Below the pieces are notes generated by a model. It saw only the letters and a program-made list of their open reading frames with translations. It was not told the origin of the DNA and did no database searches. From Balanoglossus misakiensis (Eukaryota; Animalia; Hemichordata), in assembly GCA_040954595.2 (NCBI GenBank), contig CM082583.2, positions 10,243,656-10,307,655 on the forward strand: DNA of 64,000 nucleotides. Reading direction: 5' to 3'. Below, in pieces: positions 50,431 through 61,700 of the stretch. A program made the position numbers and the translations under genes. Position 1 is the first letter of the stretch. Each line of letters starts with the position of its first letter.

Positions 50431-51366
50431 AGTAACTGAAATATGCTATGCTTGCCGTTGGTGGCGTTTTGTTTTGAATCATCCCTTCTCGGCGTTGGTA
50501 GACAAGTTGACGAACACACACCATGACGCGAACTTTAGGAATATCATGATTTACTTGCGTTCAAACAGTGTATACCGTTTTGGTATTTTTCTGCAGAGCT
50601 GCATTATGGAGCGGGAAAAGTGGGTCGCACAGGTATTTCATTTTAATTCTAAAACGACGATTTTTGGCGCAAATCTCGCCACGGTCGTCTAACAGGTTTA
50701 AGTTGGCATTTACACAGCTCGATTCCCTTTCTCAATACTTAGTTGTGTCTTCCTTTACATGTGCCTTTCCAGTGTCACGGTAAACGCTAAATTAACGAAA
50801 ACGAACAAGTTGTCAGAGCAAGGTAACAGCAACGGTGCATGATAACGTTTGTGCTTATTTCCGTGTACTCTACTACATGTATTTGTGAACCCCGTGCTCT
50901 GCAATGTTTCATTTCTGGTTACAGCAAACACCCTGTTGGCAATTTTTGCATGTTTCCCCACAGACGTTGCCTTGGTAGCCAACATGTGTTCCCCTCAACA
51001 CATCGTTGGCTGCCATTACAACTGAATGATACCAGTGAAACCCGGGGTATATACGAGTGGTCCCTTAAAATTCCCGGTGCAAGGCCCCAACATAAACATA
51101 TAAAGTCGTTCTCCGGGTCACCCGCCCCTGAAATATACAAAGAAAACTTCAATGTCACACACTTTGTCTATTTTCATAAGAAAATTGGGTACTTGTGAAG
51201 CTAGACGAATCTACATTAAAATAAAACTGGATAGAAAACACGAATGGGAAAATGCTCAGGCATCGAGATTCGTGAGATTGTAATGTACAGTGTATATATC
51301 AATGAAAAATAGAATATTTATTGTACAGGAATGGGGTTACTCACCATGTAAAAGCTAATGGAAGGA

Positions 51367-51372
51367 AATAAA
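51367..51372 (+). terminator. Putative PCSK1 poly(A) signal (another AATAAA at 51220-51225)
   Basis: AATAAA followed ~25 nt later by a GT-rich tract (ttgtgcttgtgtttatgtatgt). Confidence 0.55.
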
Positions 51373-51425
51373 ATCAGAAATTGAGAAGTGATAAATTTGT
51401 GCTTGTGTTTATGTATGTATGTATG

Positions 51426-52710
51426 TGGGTTATAGCTCACAATTATTCGACTTTGCGAATTTTCAAATTTCTTCATTTTTTAAAAATAAATCATGGGTTA
51501 TAGCTCATGAAAATCTTCAAAAAATGACAATTTTTCGACTTTCCGAAATATCAAAATTTCTTCATTTTTTCACAAAAACCATGGGTTATAGCTCAGGAAA
51601 TCTTCAAAAAATGACAATTTTTCGACTTTCCGAAATATCAAAATTTCTTCATTTTTTCACAAAAACCATGGGTTATAGCTCAGGAAATCTTCAAAAAATG
51701 ACAATTTTTCGACTTTCCGAAATATCAAAATTTCTTCATTTTTTCACAAAAACCATGGGTTATAGCTCAGGAAATCTTCAAAAAATGACAATTTTTCGAC
51801 TTTCCGAAAAATCAAAATTTCTTCATTTTTTCACAAAAACCATGGGTTATAGCTCAGGAAATCTTCAAAAAATGACAATTTTTCGACTTTCCGAAAAATC
51901 AAAATTTCTTCATTTTTTCACAAAAACCATGGGTTATATAGCTCAGGAAATCTTCAAAAAATGACAATTTTTCGACTTTCCGAAAAATCAAAATTTCTTC
52001 ATTTTTTCACAAAAACCATGGGTTATAGCTCAGGAAATCTTCAAAAAATGACAATTTTTCGACTTTCCGAAATATCAAAATTTCTTCATTTTTTCACAAA
52101 AACCATGGGTTATAGCTCAGGAAATCTTCAAAAAATGACAATTTTTCGACTTTCCGAAAAATCAAAATTTCTTCATTTTTTCACAAAAACCATGGGTTAT
52201 AGCTCAGGAAATCTTCAAAAAATGACAATTTTTCGACTTTCCGAAAAATCGAAATTTCTTCATTTTTTCACAAATACCATGGGTTATAGCTCAGGAAATC
52301 TTCAAAAAATGACAATTTTTCGACTTTCCGAAATATCAAAATTTCTTCATTTTTTCACAAAAACCATGGGTTATAGCTCAGGAAATCTTCAAAAAATGAC
52401 AATTTTTCGACTTTCCGAAAAATCAAAATTTCTTCATTTTTTCACAAAAACCATGGGTTATAGCTCAGGAAATCTTCAAAAAATGACAATTTTTCGACTT
52501 TCCGAAATATCAAAATTTCTTCATTTTTTCACAAAAACCATGGGTTATAGCTCAGGAAATCTTCAAAAAATGACAATTTTTCGACTTTCCGAAAAATCAA
52601 AATTTCTTCATTTTTTCACAAAAACCATGGGTTATAGCTCAGGAAATCTTCAAAAAATGACAATTTTTCGACTTTCCGAAAAATCAAAATTTCTTCATTT
52701 TTTCACAAAA
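51426..52710. repeat. 87-bp satellite, subfamily A (one degenerate 68-bp edge unit plus ~14 monomers)
   Basis: Monomer CATGGGTTATAGCTCAGGAAATCTTCAAAAAATGACAATTTTTCGACTTTCCGAAA(A/T)ATCAAAATTTCTTCATTTTTTCACAAAAAC. One unit has a 2-bp TA insertion at ~51938. Confidence 0.97.
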
Positions 52711-55700
52711 ATCATGGGTTATAGCCCATGATTTTCATCAAAAAATCACAATTTTCCGACTTTTTTAATTTTCAAAATTTGGCCATTTTTCACAAAAATC
52801 ATGGGTTATAGCCCATGATTTTCATCAAAAAATCACAATTTTCCGACTTTTTTAATTTTCAAAATTTGGCCATTTTTCACAAAAATCATGGGTTATAGCC
52901 CATGATTTTCATCAAAAAATCACAATTTTCCGACTTTTTTAATTTTCAAAATTTTGCCATTTTTCACAAAAATCATGGGTTATAGCCCATGATTTTCATC
53001 GAAAAATCACAATTTTCCGACTTTTTTAATTTTCAAAATTTGGCCATTTTTCACAAAAATCATGGGTTATAGCCCATGATTTTCATCAAAAAATCACAAT
53101 TTTCCGACTTTTTTAATTTTCAAAATTTGGCCATTTTTCACAAAAATCATGGGTTATAGCCCATGATTTTCATCGAAAAATCACAATTTTCCGACTTTTT
53201 TAATTTTCAAAATTTGGCCATTTTTCACAAAAATCATGGGTTATAGCCCATGATTTTCATCAAAAAATCACAATTTTCCGACTTTTTTAATTTTCAAAAT
53301 TTGGCCATTTTTCACAAAAATCATGGGTTATAGCCCATGATTTTCATCAAAAAATCACAATTTTCCGACTTTTTTAATTTTCAAAATTTGGCCATTTTTC
53401 ACAAAAATCATGGGTTATAGCCCATGATTTTCATCGAAAAATCACAATTTTCCGACTTTTTTAATTTTCAAAATTTGGCCATTTTTCACAAAAATCATGG
53501 GTTATAGCCCATGATTTTCATCAAAAAATCACAATTTTCCGATTTTTTTAATTTTCAAAATTTGGACATTTTTCACAAAAATCATGGCTTATAGCCCATG
53601 AAAATCATCAAAAAATCACAATTTTCCGACTTTTTTAATTTTCAAAATTTGGCCATTTTTCACAAAAATCATGATTTTCATCAAAAAATCACAATTTTCC
53701 GACTTTTTTAATTTTCAAAATTTGGCCATTTTTCACAAAAATCATGGGTTATAGCCCATGATTTTCATCAAAAAATCACAATTTTCCGACTTTTTTAATT
53801 TTCAAAATTTGGCCATTTTTCACAAAAATCATGGGTTATAGCCCATGATTTTCATCAAAAAATCACAATTTTCCGACTTTTTTAATTTTCAAAATTTGGC
53901 CGTTTTTCACAAAAATCATGGGTTATAGCCCATGATTTTCATCAAAAAATCACAATTTTCCGACTTTTTTAATTTTCAAAATTTGGCCATTTTTCACAAA
54001 AATCATGGGTTATAGCCCATGATTTTCATCAAAAAATCACAATTTTCCGACTTTTTTAACTTTCAAAATTTGGCCATTTTTCACAAAAATCATGGGTTAT
54101 AGCCCATGATTTTCATCAAAAAATCACAATTTTCCGACTTTTTTAATTTTCAAAATTTGGCCATTTTTCACAAAAATCATGGGTTATAGCCCATGATTTT
54201 CATCAAAAAATCACAATTTTCCGACTTTTTTAATTTTCAAAATTTGGCCATTTTTCACAAAAATCATGGGTTATAGCCCATGATTTTCATCAAAAAATCA
54301 CAATTTTCCGACTTTTTTAATTTTCAAAATTTGGCCATTTTTCACAAAAATCATGGGTTATAGCCCATGATTTTCATCAAAAAATCACAATTTTCCGACT
54401 TTTTTAATTTTCAAAATTTGGCCATTTTTCACAAAAATCATGGGTTATAGCCCATGAAAATCATCAAAAAATCACAATTTTCCGACTTTTTTAATTTTCA
54501 AAATTTGGCCATTTTTTACAAAAATCATGGGTTATAGCCCATGATTTTCATCAAAAAATCACAATTTTCCGACTTTTTTAATTTTCAAAATTTGGCCATT
54601 TTTCACAAAAATCATGGGTTATAGCCCATGAAAATCATCAAAAAATCACAATTTTCCGACTTTTTTAATTTTCAAAATTTGGCCATTTTTCACAAAAATC
54701 ATGGGTTATAGCCCATGATTTTCATCAAAAAATCACAATTTTCCGACTTTTTTAATTTTCAAAATTTGGCCATTTTTCACAAAAATCATGGGTTATAGCC
54801 CATGATTTTCATCAAAAAATCACAATTTTCCGACTTTTTTAATTTTCAAAATTTGGCCATTTTTCACAAAAATCATGGGTTATAACCCATGATTTTCATC
54901 AAAAAATCACAATTTTCCGACTTTTTTAATTTTCAAAATTTGGCCATTTTTCACAAAAATCATGGGTTATAGCCCATGATTTTCATCAAAAAATCACAAT
55001 TTTCCGACTTTTTTAATTTTCAAAATTTGGCCATTTTTCACAAAAATCATGGGTTATAGCCCATGAAAATCATCAAAAAATCAAAATTTTCCGACTTTTT
55101 TAATTTTCAAAATTTGGCCATTTTTCACAAAAATCATGGGTTATAGCCCATGATTTTCATCAAAAAATCACAATTTTCCGATTTTTTTAATTTTCAAAAT
55201 TTGGCCATTTTTCACAAAAATCATGGGTTATAGCCCATGATTTTCATCAAAAAATCACAATTTTCCGACTTTTTTAATTTTCAAAATTTGGCCATTTTTC
55301 ACAAAAATCATGGGTTATAGCCCATGATTTTCATCAAAAAATCACAATTTTCCGACTTTTTTAATTTTCAAAATTTGGCCATTTTTCACAAAAATCATGG
55401 GTTATAGCCCATGAAAATCATCAAAAAATCACAATTTTCCGACTTTTTTAATTTTCAAAATTTGGCCATTTTTCACAAAAATCATGGGTTATAGCCCATG
55501 ATTTTCATCAAAAAATCACAATTTTCCGATTTTTTTAATTTTCAAAATTTGGCCATTTTTCACAAAAATCATGGGTTATAGCCCATGATTTTCATCGAAA
55601 AATCACAATTTTCCGACTTTTTTAATTTTCAAAATTTGGCCATTTTTCACAAAAATCATGGGTTATAGCCCATGAAAATCATCAAAAAATCACAATTTTC

Positions 55701-58700
55701 CGACTTTTTTAATTTTCAAAATTTGGCCATTTTTCACAAAAATCATGGGTTATAGCCCATGATTTTCATCAAAAAATCACAATTTTCCGACTTTTTTAAT
55801 TTTCAAAATTTGGCCATTTTTCACAAAAATCATGGGTTATAGCCCATGATTTTCATCAAAAAATCACAATTTTCCGACTTTTTTAATTTTCAAAATTTGG
55901 CCATTTTTCACAAAAATCATGGGTTATAGCCCATGAAAATCATCAAAAAATCAAAATTTTCCGACTTTTTTAATTTTCAAAATTTGGCCATTTTTCACAA
56001 AAATCATGGGTTATAGCCCATGATTTTCATCAAAAAATCACAATTTTCCGATTTTTTTAATTTTCAAAATTTGGCCATTTTTCACAAAAATCATGGGTTA
56101 TAGCCCATGATTTTCATCAAAAAATCACAATTTTCCGACTTTTTTAATTTTCAAAATTTGGCCATTTTTCACAAAAATCATGGGTTATAGCCCATGATTT
56201 TCATCAAAAAATCACAATTTTCCGACTTTTTTAATTTTCAAAATTTGGCCATTTTTCACAAAAATCATGGGTTATAGCCCATGAAAATCATCAAAAAATC
56301 AAAATTTTCCGACTTTTTTAATTTTCAAAATTTTGCCATTTTTCACAAAAATCATGGGTTATAGCCCATGATTTTCATCAAAAAATCACAATTTTCCGAT
56401 TTTTTTAATTTTCAAAATTTGGCCATTTTTCACAAAAATCATGGGTTATAGCCCATGATTTTCATCGAAAAATCACAATTTTCCGACTTTTTTAATTTTC
56501 AAAATTTGGCCATTTTTCACAAAAATCATGGGTTATAGCCCATGAAAATCATCAAAAAATCACAATTTTCCGACTTTTTTAATTTTCAAAATTTGGCCAT
56601 TTTTCACAAAAATCATGGGTTATAGCCCATGATTTTCATCAAAAAATCACAATTTTCCGACTTTTTTAATTTTCAAAATTTGGCCATTTTTCACAAAAAT
56701 CATGGGTTATAGCCCATGATTTTCATCAAAAAATCACAATTTTCCGACTTTTTTAATTTTCAAAATTTGGCCATTTTTCACAAAAATCATGGGTTATAGC
56801 CCATGATTTTCATCAAAAAATCACAATTTTCCGACTTTTTTAATTTTCAAAATTTGGCCATTTTTCACAAAAATCATGGGTTATAGCCCATGATTTTCAT
56901 CAAAAAATCACAATTTTCCGACTTTTTTAATTTTCAAAATTTGGCCATTTTTCACAAAAATCATTGGTTATAGCCCATGATTTTCATCAAAAAATCACAA
57001 TTTTCCGACTTTTTTAATTTTCAAAATTTGGCCATTTTTCACAAAAATCATGGGTTATAGCCCATGATTTTCATCAAAAAATCACAATTTTCCGACTTTT
57101 TTAATTTTCAAAATTTGGCCATTTTTCACAAAAATCATGGGTTATAGCCCATGATTTTCATCAAAAAATCACAATTTTCCGACTTTTTTAATTTTCAAAA
57201 TTTGGCCATTTTTCACAAAAATCATGGGTTATAGCCCATGATTTTCATCAAAAAATCACAATTTTCCGACTTTTTTAATTTTCAAAATTTGGCCATTTTT
57301 CACAAAAATCATGGGTTATAGCCCATGATTTTCATCGAAAAATCACAATTTTCCGACTTTTTTAATTTTCAAAATTTGGCCATTTTTCACAAAAATCATG
57401 GGTTATAGCCCATGATTTTCATCGAAAAATCACAATTTTCCGACTTTTTTAATTTTCAAAATTTGGCCATTTTTCACAAAAATCATGCGTTATAGCCCAT
57501 GATTTTCATCGAAAAATCACAATTTTCCGATTTTTTTAATTTTCAAAATTTGGCCATTTTTCACAAAAATCATGGCTTATAGCCCATGAAAATCATCAAA
57601 AAATCACAATTTTCCGACTTTTTTAATTTTCAAAATTTGGCCATTTTTCACAAAAATCATGGGTTATAGCCCATGATTTTCATCAAAAAATCACAATTTT
57701 CCGACTTTTTTAATTTTCAAAATTTGGCCGTTTTTCACAAAAATCATGGGTTATAGCCCATGATTTTCATCAAAAAATCACAATTTTCCGACTTTTTTAA
57801 TTTTCAAAATTTGGCCGTTTTTCACAAAAATCATGGGTTATAGCCCATGATTTTCATCAAAAAATCACAATTTTCCGACTTTTTTAATTTTCAAAATTTG
57901 GCCGTTTTTCACAAAAATCATGGGTTATAGCCCATGATTTTCATCAAAAAATCACAATTTTCCGACTTTTTTAATTTTCAAAATTTGGCCGTTTTTCACA
58001 AAAATCATGGGTTATAGCCCATGATTTTCATCAAAAAATCACAATTTTCCGACTTTTTTAATTTTCAAAATTTGGCCATTTTTCACAAAAATCATGGGTT
58101 ATAGCCCATGATTTTCATCAAAAAATCACAATTTTCCGACTTTTTTAATTTTCAAAATTTGGCCATTTTTCACAAAAATCATGGGTTATAGCCCATGAAA
58201 ATCATCAAAAAATCAAAATTTTCCGACTTTTTTAATTTTCAAAATTTGGCCATTTTTCACAAAAATCATGGGTTATAGCCCATGATTTTCATCAAAAAAT
58301 CACAATTTTCCGATTTTTTTAATTTTCAAAATTTGGCCATTTTTCACAAAAATCATGGGTTATAGCCCATGATTTTCATCAAAAAATCACAATTTTCCGA
58401 CTTTTTTAATTTTCAAAATTTGGCCATTTTTCACAAAAATCATGGGTTATAGCCCATGATTTTCATCAAAAAATCACAATTTTCCGACTTTTTTAATTTT
58501 CAAAATTTGGCCATTTTTCACAAAAATCATGGGTTATAGCCCATGAAAATCATCAAAAAATCACAATTTTCCGACTTTTTTAATTTTCAAAATTTGGCCA
58601 TTTTTCACAAAAATCATGGGTTATAGCCCATGATTTTCATCAAAAAATCACAATTTTCCGATTTTTTTAATTTTCAAAATTTGGCCATTTTTCACAAAAA

Positions 58701-61700
58701 TCATGGGTTATAGCCCATGATTTTCATCGAAAAATCACAATTTTCCGACTTTTTTAATTTTCAAAATTTGGCCATTTTTCACAAAAATCATGGGTTATAG
58801 CCCATGAAAATCATCAAAAAATCACAATTTTCCGACTTTTTTAATTTTCAAAATTTGGCCATTTTTCACAAAAATCATGGGTTATAGCCCATGATTTTCA
58901 TCAAAAAATCACAATTTTCCGACTTTTTTAATTTTCAAAATTTGGCCATTTTTCACAAAAATCATGGGTTATAGCCCATGATTTTCATCAAAAAATCACA
59001 ATTTTCCGACTTTTTTAATTTTCAAAATTTGGCCATTTTTCACAAAAATCATGGGTTATAGCCCATGATTTTCATCAAAAAATCACAATTTTCCGATTTT
59101 TTTAATTTTCAAAATTTGGCCATTTTTCACAAAAATCATGGGTTATAGCCCATGATTTTCATCAAAAAATCACAATTTTCCGACTTTTTTAATTTTCAAA
59201 ATTTGGCCATTTTTCACAAAAATCATGGGTTATAGCCCATGATTTTCATCAAAAAATCACAATTTTCCGACTTTTTTAATTTTCAAAATTTGGCCATTTT
59301 TCACAAAAATCATGGGTTATAGCCCATGAAAATCATCAAAAAATCACAATTTTCCGACTTTTTTAATTTTCAAAATTTGGCCATTTTTCACAAAAATCAT
59401 GGGTTATAGCCCATGATTTTCATCAAAAAATCACAATTTTCCGATTTTTTTAATTTTCAAAATTTGGCCATTTTTCACAAAAATCATGGGTTATAGCCCA
59501 TGATTTTCATCGAAAAATCACAATTTTCCGACTTTTTTAATTTTCAAAATTTGGCCATTTTTCACAAAAATCATGGGTTATAGCCCATGAAAATCATCAA
59601 AAAATCACAATTTTCCGACTTTTTTAATTTTCAAAATTTGGCCATTTTTCACAAAAATCATGGGTTATAGCCCATGATTTTCATCAAAAAATCACAATTT
59701 TCCGACTTTTTTAATTTTCAAAATTTGGCCATTTTTCACAAAAATCATGGGTTATAGCCCATGATTTTCATCAAAAAATCACAATTTTCCGACTTTTTTA
59801 ATTTTCAAAATTTGGCCATTTTTCACAAAAATCATGGGTTATAGCCCATGATTTTCATCAAAAAATCACAATTTTCCGACTTTTTTAATTTTCAAAATTT
59901 GGCCATTTTTCACAAAAATCATGGGTTATAGCCCATGATTTTCATCAAAAAATCACAATTTTCCGACTTTTTTAATTTTCAAAATTTGGCCATTTTTCAC
60001 AAAAATCATGGGTTATAGCCCATGATTTTCATCAAAAAATCACAATTTTCCGACTTTTTTAATTTTCAAAATTTGGCCATTTTTCACAAAAATCATGGGT
60101 TATAGCCCATGATTTTCATCAAAAAATCACAATTTTCCGACTTTTTTAATTTTCAAAATTTGGCCATTTTTCACAAAAATCATGGGTTATAGCCCATGAT
60201 TTTCATCGAAAAATCACAATTTTCCGACTTTTTTAATTTTCAAAATTTGGCCATTTTTCACAAAAATCATGGGTTATAGCCCATGATTTTCATCGAAAAA
60301 TCACAATTTTCCGACTTTTTTAATTTTCAAAATTTGGCCATTTTTCACAAAAATCATGCGTTATAGCCCATGATTTTCATCGAAAAATCACAATTTTCCG
60401 ATTTTTTTAATTTTCAAAATTTGGCCATTTTTCACAAAAATCATGGCTTATAGCCCATGAAAATCATCAAAAAATCACAATTTTCCGACTTTTTTAATTT
60501 TCAAAATTTGGCCATTTTTCACAAAAATCATGGGTTATAGCCCATGATTTTCATCAAAAAATCACAATTTTCCGACTTTTTTAATTTTCAAAATTTGGCC
60601 GTTTTTCACAAAAATCATGGGTTATAGCCCATGATTTTCATCAAAAAATCACAATTTTCCGACTTTTTTAATTTTCAAAATTTGGCCGTTTTTCACAAAA
60701 ATCATGGGTTATAGCCCATGATTTTCATCAAAAAATCACAATTTTCCGACTTTTTTAATTTTCAAAATTTGGCCGTTTTTCACAAAAATCATGGGTTATA
60801 GCCCATGATTTTCATCAAAAAATCACAATTTTCCGACTTTTTTAATTTTCAAAATTTGGCCGTTTTTCACAAAAATCATGGGTTATAGCCCATGATTTTC
60901 ATCAAAAAATCACAATTTTCCGACTTTTTTAATTTTCAAAATTTGGCCATTTTTCACAAAAATCATGGGTTATAGCCCATGATTTTCATCAAAAAATCAC
61001 AATTTTCCGACTTTTTTAATTTTCAAAATTTGGCCATTTTTCACAAAAATCATGGGTTATAGCCCATGATTTTCATCAAAAAATCACAATTTTCCGACTT
61101 TTTTAATTTTCAAAATTTGGCCATTTTTCACAAAAATCATGGGTTATAGCCCATGATTTTCATCAAAAAATCACAATTTTCCGACTTTTTTAATTTTCAA
61201 AATTTGGCCATTTTTCACAAAAATCATGGGTTATAGCCCATGATTTTCATCGAAAAATCACAATTTTCCGACTTTTTTAATTTTCAAAATTTGGCCATTT
61301 TTCACAAAAATCATGGGTTATAGCCCATGATTTTCATCGAAAAATCACAATTTTCCGACTTTTTTAATTTTCAAAATTTGGCCATTTTTCACAAAAATCA
61401 TGCGTTATAGCCCATGATTTTCATCGAAAAATCACAATTTTCCGACTTTTTTAATTTTCAAAATTTGGCCATTTTTCACAAAAATCATGGCTTATAGCCC
61501 ATGAAAATCATCAAAAAATCACAATTTTCCGACTTTTTTAATTTTCAAAATTTGGCCATTTTTCACAAAAATCATGGGTTATAGCCCATGATTTTCATCA
61601 AAAAATCACAATTTTCCGACTTTTTTAATTTTCAAAATTTGGCCGTTTTTCACAAAAATCATGGGTTATAGCCCATGATTTTCATCAAAAAATCACAATT

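Noticed and set aside
51419-52731. 181-aa and 256-aa ORFs made of a 29-aa repeat (MTIFRLSEKSKFLHFFTKTMGYSSGNLQK)
   Set aside because: They arise because 87 is divisible by 3 and subfamily A lacks a stop in one frame. A 2-bp insertion breaks the frame, subfamily B is closed, and there is no splice or promoter support.
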